A stretch of 64,000 bases of DNA from an uncultured Actinomycetes bacterium. GTDB lineage: Bacteria > Actinomycetota > UBA4738 > HRBIN12. The stretch's first letter is position 1; the number at the start of each line of letters is the position of its first letter. The stretch is from the NCBI GenBank assembly GCA_963734275.1, contig CAVTGO010000006.1, positions 15,274-79,273 of the forward strand, read 5' to 3'. This document shows, in pieces, positions 47,098 through 56,981 of the stretch. The position numbers were made by a program, and so were the translations under genes. Below the pieces are notes generated by a model. The model searched no databases and was not told the DNA's origin. It was given only the letters and a program-made list of their open reading frames with translations.

Positions 47098-47520
47098 GTG
47101 TGGCGGGCGTGTCACCCCTTGGGCGCACCCTCCGTCAGTATGACACTGCACTTGTCGGCGTTCGCCCCTGGGGCTGCGTATCAGGTATCTGACCGCCTGG
47201 CCAGCGCAGGCGAGGGGCCGTGGACAGAATGGGATTCGCGGTGGAACAAGACCATCGTGCTGAGAACCATGGAGGCTCTCGTCACGATCGGATCAACAGG
47301 TCCCGCGTTCGTAGATCGCAAGCCGATGGATCACTGGGCGGCGGAAGCTCTCTACGGTGAGTCGATCCCGGACGGAACGCTGTTCGCTACGCGGCTGAAC
47401 GGCCCAAAGCCTCCCGGACTCTCGAACTCGCTCAAGAGGCTCGAGCGAGCCCTAGACCAAGCTACTGCAGCTGGCCACCTCCCAGACAACTATCGCCCAG
47501 GGGCGACTGTGGTGGGCTAG
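47098..47520 (+). CDS. Hypothetical protein (weak call)
   Basis: Only ORF evidence. No family recognised. The sequence looks less GC-rich than its surroundings. The start may be ATG 47140. Confidence 0.3.
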   Translation: MWRACHPLGAPSVSMTLHLSAFAPGAAYQVSDRLASAGEGPWTEWDSRWNKTIVLRTMEALVTIGSTGPAFVDRKPMDHWAAEALYGESIPDGTLFATRLNGPKPPGLSNSLKRLERALDQATAAGHLPDNYRPGATVVG

Positions 47521-47769
47521 CGCTGGCAGGCCTCGCGACGTGCGGCCCTGTGCCTTCGTGCTGGAGTGGCCAGGCCATGTTCGGGGCGAGCGGGATGGGC
47601 GACGGCACGACAACGCGTGACGCGGCCGCGCCCCAAGCACGGTTCAAGTGCTCCTGCACGTAGACGCCGTTCTCGAGCCTGCTATAACAGGCGAAGCCGC
47701 TCCTCGCCTCGTCAACCTGGCGAAGCCGTCCCTCGTTTCGGCGTCACCGCTCTTACCCTGCCTCCGGTC

Positions 47770-48753
47770 CTATGGGAGCGGGATGGTCGAGAGGGTGAAC
47801 GGCAGAAGGGGCGGCAGGCCGCCGAATAGCGCTGCGAACTGAGAGTTCACCACCAGCAGGCGACCGCTCGCCACCGCGATCGTGGTGGGTGTTTGGAACG
47901 AGGGATCGGTTGTCCGCGACAGGACCGTCCCCGTGGAGAGGTCACCCGACAGCGCCACCTTGGCGATCTGACCGGGGCCGGAGAAGGGCTCGGCCGCGTA
48001 CAGGGTCCTGCCCAGGAGCGCGAGCCCGTCGCCGCTCACCGCGTCGCCGCCGAGGTCGATCTTCGTCACCGCGCGGGTTGCGACTTCGATCCGGAAGAGC
48101 TCGCTCGTGAACGACTGCGCGACGACCAGGTACTTCCCCTTCCCGGTGGCGACGATCCCGTTCACGTTGAACTCACCCGGCGCGTAGGCGATCTTGCCCG
48201 TGAGGTCGAGCCAGGCCTCGGCAGGGACCGGCGTCGCCGATGGGACGATCTGGTCGGCGGGGATCCGCCACAGCATCGGCCGGAAGGAGTCGGTCACGAA
48301 GAGGTCGCCGTTCTTCGCCACGGCGATGTCGTTCAGGGCGCCCCCGGCGCCCGTCGTGAACGTCCGGATCGGCGCGCCCGTTGCCGCATCGAAGATGGAC
48401 ACGTCGCCGGTGAAGCCACCCGCCACGGCAAGCCGGCCCGCGTCGTCGACCTTGACGCCGATGGCGGAGAAAGGGGTGCCGCTGCCTGCGATGAACGGGC
48501 TCGCGGTCGGGTCCATCACGTTGCCGCGCAGGATGGAGCCGTCGGTCGTGCTCGACACGAAGAAGTTGCCCGTGCTGGGCTGGTAGGCGACCCCTTCAGG
48601 GAAGACTGCGTTGCCCGGGAGGACGTAGGAGGTCGGTCTCGGCGCTGCGCCGACGCCTGCGGTGGGCACGAGGGCGACGAGCGTGGCCAACATAGCGAAG
48701 CTGAGGAGTGCGAGGAATCTCTTCACGGGTCCTCCTTGGGGGGTGGGCATCAC
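47770..48753 (-). CDS. Secreted beta-propeller protein (SMP-30/gluconolactonase/LRE-like fold)
   Basis: Signal peptide, then repeated blade-like segments (PEGVAY..., GDLFVTDS, NGIVATGKG.YLVVAQS). Confidence 0.6.
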   Translation of the reverse strand: MMPTPQGGPVKRFLALLSFAMLATLVALVPTAGVGAAPRPTSYVLPGNAVFPEGVAYQPSTGNFFVSSTTDGSILRGNVMDPTASPFIAGSGTPFSAIGVKVDDAGRLAVAGGFTGDVSIFDAATGAPIRTFTTGAGGALNDIAVAKNGDLFVTDSFRPMLWRIPADQIVPSATPVPAEAWLDLTGKIAYAPGEFNVNGIVATGKGKYLVVAQSFTSELFRIEVATRAVTKIDLGGDAVSGDGLALLGRTLYAAEPFSGPGQIAKVALSGDLSTGTVLSRTTDPSFQTPTTIAVASGRLLVVNSQFAALFGGLPPLLPFTLSTIPLP

Positions 48754-48825
48754 CGTGTGGAGGACCGACCCTACTACGGGTCGCCGGATGCGCGCTCGTC
48801 GGATCAGGTGCCTGGCAGCAGCAAC

Positions 48826-48879
48826 CTTAAGATCCGGTGCCCGAAAGGGCGTGGGAGTTCGACTCTCCCCTCTCGCACC
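48826..48879 (+). repeat. Copy of the 3-prime half of tRNA-Leu (att-like)
   Basis: cttaAgatccggtgcccgaaagggcgtgggagttcgactctcccctctcgcacc differs from 46923-46976 at a single base. Confidence 0.85.
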
Positions 48880-48894
48880 ACTCCTGATGGGCCC

Positions 48895-50271
48895 TCAGCT
48901 CGTTCGGTCTTCCTCGTCTGCATAGGTCCAGTCCGGCTGCTTCAGATGGTAGAGATCGTCGTAGACGAACGCCCCGTGCTCGTCCACGTCGACGATCTTC
49001 GGCACGGGGATCTCCCGGGGTCGCGGACACGGTCGCCCGTAGTGCTCGACGAACTCCGCCCCGAAGACCTGGATCGCGCTCTGCGCGATGAGCGACTCGC
49101 CCGTCGGAAGCGCGCACCGCTGCGCATCGGTGACGGTGAGCGACCGGGCGAGGATCGTATCCACGTCCACCTCCGAGCCCTCCCCCCGGTCGATCCGCTC
49201 GAGGAGCTCGGTGATGTGCCTGGTCCCGTGCTTGCACGCGGGGCACTGCGCGCAGGACTCGACGTACAGGAATCGAGAGAACGCCAGCGTCGCCCGCACG
49301 ATGCACGCGGAGTCGTCGTACACGACGAACGCGCCGGACCCCAGGGCGCTTCCCACCGCTCTCATCGCGTCGAAAGACATCGGCGTGTCGAACTGCTCCG
49401 GAGATAGGATCGTGCTCGAGGCGCCTGGGAACACGGCCTTGACGGTGCGGCCCTCCGGTGCGCCGCCACCGATGCCGTGGATCAGCTGGCGCAGCGAGAA
49501 CCCCATCGGGAGCTCGTACACGCCCGGAAACCGGACGTCGCCGCTGAGCGTGAGCAACATCGTCCCTGGCGAGTCCTCCGTGCCGATCGATCGGAACCAT
49601 TCCGCGCCTTCCCGCAGGATGTACGGGACGTTCGCGAGCGTCTCTGGGTTGTTCACGACGGTCGGGTTGGGGCTGTCCGGGCGCCGGAAGAGCCCCTCCA
49701 TCCACGGCGGCACGGTCCGGGGCAGCGGCGGGTTGCCCTCGATCACCTCGAGGAGCGCCTTCTCTTCCCCGAAGAGATACTCGTCCGGGCCCGTCACGAG
49801 CTCGACGGGTACGTCACCGATCAGGTCGGCGGCGGCCATCTCCTGCATCGCCTGCCGGACGCGCTCGACCTCCGGGGCGGCCCCCGCCTTGATGCAGATC
49901 CAGGCGCCCTCGGCCCCCACCGCGAGGGCTGCGATGGCGAGCCCTTCGAGAACGGTGTAGGGGTCGTGCCTCAGGAGCCACCGGTCCTTGAACGCGCCCG
50001 GCTCGCCCTCGGCCGCGTTGCACACCACGTACTTCGTGGGGCAAGGATCCTCGCGTACGGTCCGCCACTTGAGCCCGGTCGGGAATCCTGCCCCGCCTCG
50101 GCCCCGAAGCCCCGACACGCGGACCTCCTCGGCGACCCAGTCCGGACCGCGCTCACGCGCGAGCGGGAGGGCGCGCCCGCCGCCGCGGTCCATGTACTCG
50201 TTCACCGAGCTCAGCGGGCGATCCGGCATCAGGATCGAGCTCGGGGTCACCTCAGCCACGTGCGGCATCAT
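48895..50271 (-). CDS. NuoF-like NADH-binding FMN/4Fe-4S flavoprotein (orphan, no NuoE or other complex-I genes here)
   Basis: GLRGRGGAGFPTGLKW, NAAEGEPGAFKDR, ESCAQCPACKHG. Start taken at ATG 50271, downstream of the SBP stop. Confidence 0.8.
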   Translation of the reverse strand: MMPHVAEVTPSSILMPDRPLSSVNEYMDRGGGRALPLARERGPDWVAEEVRVSGLRGRGGAGFPTGLKWRTVREDPCPTKYVVCNAAEGEPGAFKDRWLLRHDPYTVLEGLAIAALAVGAEGAWICIKAGAAPEVERVRQAMQEMAAADLIGDVPVELVTGPDEYLFGEEKALLEVIEGNPPLPRTVPPWMEGLFRRPDSPNPTVVNNPETLANVPYILREGAEWFRSIGTEDSPGTMLLTLSGDVRFPGVYELPMGFSLRQLIHGIGGGAPEGRTVKAVFPGASSTILSPEQFDTPMSFDAMRAVGSALGSGAFVVYDDSACIVRATLAFSRFLYVESCAQCPACKHGTRHITELLERIDRGEGSEVDVDTILARSLTVTDAQRCALPTGESLIAQSAIQVFGAEFVEHYGRPCPRPREIPVPKIVDVDEHGAFVYDDLYHLKQPDWTYADEEDRTS

Positions 50272-50362
50272 ATGGCCCCGGATCGAGGCGGCCGGCGCCA
50301 CGGAGGGGAGAGTGCGGCTGCGGGCCCGTCCCGAGCCCGCAGCCGTCCGCAACAGCCCTTGC

Positions 50363-51640
50363 CTACGCTGCCGGCGGGTACTCCTCGCCGGCGGCCTGCG
50401 CTGCCTGCTCGATGTCCCCGTGCAGCTCGTCGAGCGTGGACTGCACGTCCTCACCGTTCACCATGATCCGCTGGATCGCGGTGTTGATCGCCTCGTCGAC
50501 GTCCGCCCAGTAGGCGACGTTCGGGCGGTACCAACCGTTCTGCAGCGCACCTTGGATCGCGTCGAACGTCTCCTGCTGCTCCTCCGGCACCTGACCCAGC
50601 GCGTCATCGCGCACCGACGGCCACGCGTTCCGGGCGACCAGGACCTCCTGCGCCTCCTGCGACATCAGGTACTGGGCAAGCGCCACCGCGGCTTCACGCT
50701 CCTGCCCCGATACGCCCTTGGGGATGCCAAGCACCTCGCCCCCGATCACGTGTGCCGGCTGGACCGGACCCGCCCAGCCCTCGTAGACGGTGAACTCGCC
50801 CAGGATGCCTTGGTCAGCGAAGGTCGCCGACGTGAAGGGCCAGTTCTGCGCCATCCACGCGGTCTCGCCGCGCAGGTAGTCCACATCGGTGTCGAACTTC
50901 GACTGCAGGCTCTCCTGCGCGAGCAGCTCGTCCCCCCAGAGCTGCTGCAGCGTCGTGAATGCATCCACCGACCCCTGGTCGTTGAGGATCAAGGGGTCGC
51001 CACCGTGGGCCACGATCCACTCCGAGATCGTGACAGCCGCCGCGCCGCTGCTGCCCTCGAGCTGGATCACGACCTTCGGCTGCCCTGCGGTGTCCTTCAG
51101 CTCTTGGGCCGTCGAGACGAACTCGTCCACCGTCGTCGGCGGCGTCGCCCCCGCTTCGTCGAACCGACTCTTGTTCACGTAGACGACCTTCACGTTCGGC
51201 CGGTACGGCAAGAAGTACGGCACGCCGTCGAACCCCTCCGGGATCAGCGCCGGGCTCACACCCTCGGGGATCTCGACGTCGGAGAGGTCTTCGACGAGTC
51301 CGTCGTCGACGAGGACTGCCAACGCCAGGTTGTCTTGCGCGAACAGATGGATCGTGTGGTTCCCCGAGTCCACCTCGACCTGCAGCTTCTGCGGCAGGCT
51401 CGCGGAGTCGACCTGCGTGAACTCCACGTTGGCGCCGCTCTGCTCCTCGAAGTTCGCGACGACCTCCTCGACCGCCGGAACCTCGGTCTCGGCGAGCGAC
51501 GTGCTGAACGTGATCGACACGCCCTCGAAGTCCCCGGTCACCGCGCCGTCCGTCGAGCCATCGCCGCCGTCGTCCCCACCGCAAGCCGGAGCCAGCAGCG
51601 CGAGGCTCGCGACGATCGCCAGCCAGCGTGCGTGTCTCAT
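50363..51640 (-). CDS. Sugar-type ABC transporter substrate-binding lipoprotein (family 1)
   Basis: Lipobox LLAPACGG. The translation is typical of an extracellular solute-binding family 1 protein. Confidence 0.82.
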   Translation of the reverse strand: MRHARWLAIVASLALLAPACGGDDGGDGSTDGAVTGDFEGVSITFSTSLAETEVPAVEEVVANFEEQSGANVEFTQVDSASLPQKLQVEVDSGNHTIHLFAQDNLALAVLVDDGLVEDLSDVEIPEGVSPALIPEGFDGVPYFLPYRPNVKVVYVNKSRFDEAGATPPTTVDEFVSTAQELKDTAGQPKVVIQLEGSSGAAAVTISEWIVAHGGDPLILNDQGSVDAFTTLQQLWGDELLAQESLQSKFDTDVDYLRGETAWMAQNWPFTSATFADQGILGEFTVYEGWAGPVQPAHVIGGEVLGIPKGVSGQEREAAVALAQYLMSQEAQEVLVARNAWPSVRDDALGQVPEEQQETFDAIQGALQNGWYRPNVAYWADVDEAINTAIQRIMVNGEDVQSTLDELHGDIEQAAQAAGEEYPPAA

Positions 51641-51703
51641 GCGCTCACCTCCCTGAAGGGCGCAAGCCCTTCGAACCGAAGGGTGCGGGCCTTTGCCGCC
51701 CCC

Positions 51704-52597
51704 TCATCCCTTGACCGCCCCGCTGAGCGCTCCGGGCCGCAGGTACCGCTGGAGGATGTAGACCACCAGCAGGATCGGCAGCGTGAGCACGGCAGCGACC
51801 GTGGCCATCTGCTGCAGTGTTCCCCGATCGATCGCTTGGAACACCTGAAGAGGCAGTGTGTTCTGGTTCGTCGTCAGCAGCCGTGCGTACAGGAATTCGT
51901 TCCAGGAGTACAGCCAGACGAACAGCGCGGCCACCGCGATCCCGGGGGCGGCGACGGGGAACACGACCCGCAGCAGCGTGGTCAGCCGTGACGCGCCGTC
52001 GATGTGGGCAGCCTCCTCCAGCTCGCGCGGCACGGTCTCGAACGTGCCGACGAGGATCCACGCGATGAACGGGAGCGCACCGATCAGGTGCGCGAGGATC
52101 AATCCGAGGTACGTGTCGATCAGGTCGAACCGCGCGAACCACGTCGCGACCGAGATGCCGATCGTGAACTCCGGGAACATCCTGGTGACGAGCAGCGCGA
52201 TCACGATCGTGTACGCGATCGCCGCGGGCAGCCGCGAGATCACGTACGCGGCTGGAGCCGCGATCGCGATCGCGAGCGCCGTGGAGACCGTGGCCACCGT
52301 CAGGCTCTTGATCAACGGCGCGATCAGATCGCCGCCGCCGATCACCCGATCCCACCACTGGAGCGTGAAGTCCGTGATCACCAACGGTGGACGGTCACCG
52401 AACAGCGCCGAGCCCGGCGCGAACGAGACCATGAAGATCAGATACACGGGGAACAGCACCAGCAGCACGGACCCGACGACCCAGAATGGTAAGGCGACCT
52501 TCAGGATCGGGTCCAGGCGATCGCGGCGGCGCGGCGGCCCGGCGTGACCCTTCCTCGTGGTGCGCGGCTCGGTCTTCGTGGTGCTCGAGACACTCAT
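51704..52597 (-). CDS. Carbohydrate ABC transporter permease (MalG-like)
   Basis: EAA loop LEEAAHIDGASRLTTLLRVVFPVAAPG. Confidence 0.88.
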   Translation of the reverse strand: MSVSSTTKTEPRTTRKGHAGPPRRRDRLDPILKVALPFWVVGSVLLVLFPVYLIFMVSFAPGSALFGDRPPLVITDFTLQWWDRVIGGGDLIAPLIKSLTVATVSTALAIAIAAPAAYVISRLPAAIAYTIVIALLVTRMFPEFTIGISVATWFARFDLIDTYLGLILAHLIGALPFIAWILVGTFETVPRELEEAAHIDGASRLTTLLRVVFPVAAPGIAVAALFVWLYSWNEFLYARLLTTNQNTLPLQVFQAIDRGTLQQMATVAAVLTLPILLVVYILQRYLRPGALSGAVKG

Positions 52598-53529
52598 GTC
52601 TGTACCCGTCCCCGGCTCGCGACGAAGCGCAGGTACAGGATGATGAAGACGATGATGATCCCGAACAGCACGATCGAGGCGGCCGCCGCGGTGTACTCAT
52701 CGCTCGTCGGCGGCAGGTACCGGTCGGCGATGTACGTGCCCAGCACCGGCTCGATCTGTCCCGACAGCACGAGAGCGAGCTCGTAGATCCGGAACGCGTC
52801 GATCGCCCGCAGGATGATCGCCATCGTCAGGTAGGGGATGAGCAGCGGGAACGTGACACGTGTGAACCGCTGCCACTTCGTCGCCCCGTCGACGTCGGCA
52901 GCCTCGTAGATGTCCTCCGGGATCGACTGCAGTCCCGCGAGGAAGATCAGGATCACGATCGGCAGCACTTTCCACATATCGGCGATCGCGACCGTGAACA
53001 GCGTGCGGATCCCCCCCGTGACGGTCCAGCCGATCGGCTGATACTGCCAGTCAACCCCCGGCAGCAGGTTGACGAGGTCCTGGATCAGGAAGATCACGGA
53101 GTTCAGGTAGCCGGAGCGCGCGAAGATCAGCAGCATCACCGCGCCGGCGACGATCGTCGGAACGCCGAGCGGCACGAGGCTGATCGTGCGGACGAACCCG
53201 CGGCCGCGGAAGGGCGCATGCAACGTCAGCGCGATGATCAACCCGAGCCCGAGCTCCAGCACGAGCGAGATCGCCGCAACGATCAGCGTGTTGGTCACGG
53301 CGTCACGGAACACGGGTTGGCCGAGGATCGTCTCGTAGTTCGTGAGCGAGATGCCTCCCTCGTTCGGATCGGTGAAGGAGATCCGGAACGTGTTCACGAT
53401 CGGAGCGACCGTGAGCACGAGCACGTACGCGACCAGTGGGAGCGTCAGCCAGATCTCGAACTGGTGGCGGCGGAACCAGCTCTCCTCGCCTCCGCCGACA
53501 CTCACGTCGACGCGCTCGGCGACCGTCAC
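52594..53529 (-). CDS. Carbohydrate ABC transporter permease (MalF-like)
   Basis: EAA loop [26 protein letters not shown]. It has a 4-nt overlap with its neighbours. Confidence 0.88.
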   Translation of the reverse strand: MTVAERVDVSVGGGEESWFRRHQFEIWLTLPLVAYVLVLTVAPIVNTFRISFTDPNEGGISLTNYETILGQPVFRDAVTNTLIVAAISLVLELGLGLIIALTLHAPFRGRGFVRTISLVPLGVPTIVAGAVMLLIFARSGYLNSVIFLIQDLVNLLPGVDWQYQPIGWTVTGGIRTLFTVAIADMWKVLPIVILIFLAGLQSIPEDIYEAADVDGATKWQRFTRVTFPLLIPYLTMAIILRAIDAFRIYELALVLSGQIEPVLGTYIADRYLPPTSDEYTAAAASIVLFGIIIVFIILYLRFVASRGRVQT

Positions 53530-54761
53530 GGGCGTCGTTCCTTGCCCGAGGAACCGTCGAGCGCCAGGCCCGTTTCCGGATCGAAGAAGTGGAGCCGGCT
53601 CGTGTTGACCAGGAGTTCCGCTTTCTGCCGCTCCCGCACGTCCGTGCGGGGGTCGAGCACCGCGACGAAGGTGGAGGTTGCCCCGGCAGCGCTCCGCTGC
53701 AGCGTGTCGAGCGCTTCGACGCCAACGTCGTGCGCGAGTTCCTTGGTGTCCTCCGTCAATACCATCGGTGCGTCGACCGTGAAATGCGCCATCACGGTGG
53801 AGCCGAGCGACTCACGCAGCTCCACGATCGCCGTCAGGTGTCCGTCGCTCGAGGGGAACGAGGCCAGACTCGCGTCCTCGATGTCCTCCGGCCGGATCCC
53901 CACGACGAGATCGCGACCCTCGTACGCCTCGATCTCCGGGCGCTCACGCACCAGCTCGTCGGCGACCCGCAGGCGGTGGCTGCCGAAGCGCAGGAACACG
54001 CCGCCGCCGTCGTCGCGTTCGACCGTCGCCTCGACCATGTTCATCGCGGGCGATCCGATGAACCCGGCCACGAAGAGGTTGACCGGATGGTCGTACAGGG
54101 TCTGGGGAGCGTCCACCTGCTGCAGGTGGCCTTTCTTGATCACGGCGACGCGGTCACCCATCGTCATGGCCTCGACCTGATCGTGCGTGACGTACATCGT
54201 CGTTACGCCGAGCTCGATCTGCAGCTTCGCGATCTGGGCGCGGGTCTGGACGCGCAGCTTCGCGTCGAGGTTGGAGAGTGGCTCGTCCATCAGGAACGCC
54301 TGCGGCTCCCGGACGATGGCGCGACCCATCGCGACGCGCTGGCGCTGTCCGCCGGACAGGGCGCGCGGCCTCCGTTCGAGCAACTCCTCCAGACCGAGCT
54401 TCTGTGCAGCCTCTCGAACACGCCGGTCGATCTCCTGCTTGTCGACCTTCCGGAGCTTGAGGGCGAACGCCATGTTGGCGTACACGGACATGTGCGGATA
54501 CAGGGCGTAGTTCTGGAAGACCATGGCGATGTCGCGGTCCTTCGACGGAACCGTGTTCACGACGCGATCGCCGATCGAGATCGTTCCCTCGGAGATCGCC
54601 TCGAGGCCGGCAACCATGCGCAACGCGGTGGTCTTGCCGCAACCGGACGGGCCGACGAGCACCATGAACTCGCCGTCCCCGATCGAGAGCGTCAGGTCGT
54701 TGATCGCCTGCGTTCCATCGGGATAGACCTTGGTGACGCCGTCGATCCTGATCTCCGCCAC
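53526..54761 (-). CDS. Sugar ABC transporter ATP-binding protein (MalK/UgpC/MsiK-like)
   Basis: [30 protein letters not shown], and a C-terminal regulatory (TOBE-like) domain. Confidence 0.92.
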   Translation of the reverse strand: MAEIRIDGVTKVYPDGTQAINDLTLSIGDGEFMVLVGPSGCGKTTALRMVAGLEAISEGTISIGDRVVNTVPSKDRDIAMVFQNYALYPHMSVYANMAFALKLRKVDKQEIDRRVREAAQKLGLEELLERRPRALSGGQRQRVAMGRAIVREPQAFLMDEPLSNLDAKLRVQTRAQIAKLQIELGVTTMYVTHDQVEAMTMGDRVAVIKKGHLQQVDAPQTLYDHPVNLFVAGFIGSPAMNMVEATVERDDGGGVFLRFGSHRLRVADELVRERPEIEAYEGRDLVVGIRPEDIEDASLASFPSSDGHLTAIVELRESLGSTVMAHFTVDAPMVLTEDTKELAHDVGVEALDTLQRSAAGATSTFVAVLDPRTDVRERQKAELLVNTSRLHFFDPETGLALDGSSGKERRP

Positions 54762-55191
54762 ATCACCTCCGATCCGCAGGGCGCCGATCGGCGCCGTTGG
54801 GATGCGACCCCTTCGATGTGATCCCCCTGCAGGAGTCAGGCCACGTGAGTGACGCGCTGTCGATACTAGGCGCGGGCCCGATCCGTTCGCAAGGCGTGGA
54901 TGGCGAGGCTGCCTCGATGATGGTGGTGAGTGTCCCGAGACGATGTGTGGAAACGGAGATCCGTGCCTAGGCGCAGCAACCTGAGGGATCCGGTGGCCGG
55001 TGCCTTGGGTTCATTCCCCTCTCGTACCGCTGGCCGCTCCCAGACCTATCAGGGATCCTCGACGATCCTCCGGAGCTCTTTCGCCCGGTCGCGAAGGTCC
55101 TTGAAGTACTCCGTGCCGGTGGAGTCCGAAGGTCTCCCCGGATCGATCCAGGAGCCTCGCGATCTACGAGCTCATTAGGAGCCGCGGACCC

Positions 55192-55539
55192 GTGGTGACG
55201 ATCGAGGACGTCCGATCGCTCGCGATGGGGCTGCCGCGCACCACCGAGGCGCTCGTGCGCGACCGCGTGAAGTTCCGCGTGGGGCGGTACGTCTATGTGT
55301 CGTTCTCGCCCGACGAGACTGTCATGGGGTTCGCGTTCCCGAAGGAGGAACGCGACGCGTTGGTGGCCTCGGAGCCGGACACCTTCATGATGCCGAGCCG
55401 ATCCGACCTCCGGTACAACTGGGTGCTCGTCCGGCTGGCAGCTATCGACGCGACGGAGATGCGTGAACTCGTGCTCGACGCCTGGAGGATGGTCGTCCCC
55501 AAGGGAGTGGCTGCCGCGTACGACGAGCACCATCCGTGA
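55192..55539 (+). CDS. MmcQ/YjbR-family protein
   Basis: IEDVRSLAMGLPRTTE...FRVGRYVYVSF...DAWRMVVPK pattern. Confidence 0.7.
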   Translation: MVTIEDVRSLAMGLPRTTEALVRDRVKFRVGRYVYVSFSPDETVMGFAFPKEERDALVASEPDTFMMPSRSDLRYNWVLVRLAAIDATEMRELVLDAWRMVVPKGVAAAYDEHHP

Positions 55540-55646
55540 CGACCGAGCTCCGTCGATGCGGGCGAGTACGAACTGAAGGGCGTCCCCGGCAGCTGGACCT
55601 TTGTTCGTGGTTTCCGGGGTCTAGCGGCAGCCAAAGAGGGTGCCGC

Positions 55647-56033
55647 TCACTCCTTGCTGATGCTCCTCGCAAGATCGCGCATCGAGACCACACCCACCAC
55701 GACATCGGCTTCCACCACCGGGAGGTGCCGGAACCCGCCGGCGAGCATCTGATCCAGCGCCTCGCCCACCGGAGTGTCGGGGGCGACCGTCGCCGGATCC
55801 TGGGTCATCCACTTGGAGACCGACGACACCCTGGCGGCATCCGCCTTGGAGGACTCGGCCATGGCCCGGAGCATGTCCCGCTCGGTGAAGATGCCGATGA
55901 GCGAGCCGTCCTGAAGGACCAGGACCGACCCGGCGTGCCCCGCCGACATCGCTCGCGCGGCCTCCATCAAGGTGATCGAAGGATCGACCGTGACCAACTC
56001 GGTCGTCATGATCTGGCGCACGGTGGTCAACAC
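55647..56033 (-). CDS. CBS-pair domain protein
   Basis: Two CBS repeats (VRQIMTTELVTVDPS... and VSKWMTQDPATVAPD...HLPVVE...VGVVSMRDL). Confidence 0.88.
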   Translation of the reverse strand: MLTTVRQIMTTELVTVDPSITLMEAARAMSAGHAGSVLVLQDGSLIGIFTERDMLRAMAESSKADAARVSSVSKWMTQDPATVAPDTPVGEALDQMLAGGFRHLPVVEADVVVGVVSMRDLARSISKE

Positions 56034-56198
56034 CTGGTCACCATCCCCGGCCCCCTTCCGACCTCGTGCCTTCCTACCTCATCATCCTCGTCAAGCCCCG
56101 TGCCTGACGAGGTGGCTGAACCCTGACGAGGCGAGGCCGCCGACTCGCGCGGAACCCGCGAGGTAGGATCGGGGCTTATCCGTGTCGGGGAGGTCGCC

Positions 56199-56402
56199 GT
56201 GCCGATGGTCTGGGGTCTGTCCAAGTCGGACGCGAACTACCGGCCGGCCACGAAGCCCGAGCTCCGATGCGCCGAGTGCAAGTTCATGTTCCCGCGACTG
56301 GCGGTCGGCGGCTGCAGGTACGTCCGAGGCGTGATCAACGCGGGCGACTTCTGCGACGAGTTCGTTCCCCGCCACGGCCAACGACCAGCGGCGGGCTCCT
56401 AG
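56199..56402 (+). CDS. Small Cys-containing hypothetical protein
   Basis: 67 aa with CAEC...C...C spacing. ORF evidence only. Confidence 0.4.
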   Translation: MPMVWGLSKSDANYRPATKPELRCAECKFMFPRLAVGGCRYVRGVINAGDFCDEFVPRHGQRPAAGS

Positions 56403-56441
56403 CGAAGGAGCTCGACCCGGGGCTCGTACGCTTGTCTCGCC

Positions 56442-56852
56442 ATGAACGAGATGGAGGCTCGTGCGCGCTTCGCGACCGCTCGCGTTGCCCGGCTGGCGAC
56501 GGTCCGCGCCGACGGAGCGCCGCACCTCGTTCCCGTGGTGTTCGTCCTCGAAGGCGACACGGTATGGCTGGTGATCGACGAGAAACCGAAGCGGCATCGT
56601 CGGTTACAGCGTCTCGTCAACATCCGGGCCGAACCACGCGTGAGCCTCCTCGTCGACTCCTACGACGAAGACTGGAGCCATCTCTGGTGGATCCGTGCCG
56701 ACGGTCTCGCTCGGATCATCGACGAAGGCACGGAGCTCGAACGGGCACTGAGTCTGCTCCTCGACAGGTATCCGCAGGAACAGGAGCAGCCACCGGAAGG
56801 GCCGGCCCTGGCGGTGGTGATCGAACGGTGGCGCTCCTGGTCGGCGGGCTGA
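56442..56852 (+). CDS. PPOX-class probable F420-dependent oxidoreductase (Rv0121-like subgroup)
   Basis: ARVARLATVRADGAPHLVPVVFVLEGDTVWLVIDEKPK...LWWIRADG pattern. Confidence 0.8.
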   Translation: MNEMEARARFATARVARLATVRADGAPHLVPVVFVLEGDTVWLVIDEKPKRHRRLQRLVNIRAEPRVSLLVDSYDEDWSHLWWIRADGLARIIDEGTELERALSLLLDRYPQEQEQPPEGPALAVVIERWRSWSAG

Positions 56853-56981
56853 ACGACACCGCCGTCGATGCCGCGCGCCGCAAGCCCGACCGTGCCTTCG
56901 AGCCTGCCCCTTGCCCCCAAGGTCTCCCGAGGGATGTAATCAGCGGGACGAACGGGCCACCGCCAGCGAGGAGGATGCGCC

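Larger units (their letters stand above)
46977..48825. mobile_element. Possible remnant islet between tRNA-Leu and a near-perfect copy of its 3-prime half; no integrase
   Basis: 54-nt direct repeat 46923-46976 / 48826-48879 with one mismatch. Confidence 0.4.

Noticed and set aside
55058-55180. Minus-strand 41-codon open stretch ending ...TGTEYFKDLRDRAKELRRIVEDP-stop, in the intergenic region between the sugar ABC operon and the MmcQ gene
   Set aside because: The C-terminal 20 residues look protein-like, but there is no start codon after the upstream TGA and no recognisable family. It may be a gene remnant, and the evidence is insufficient.
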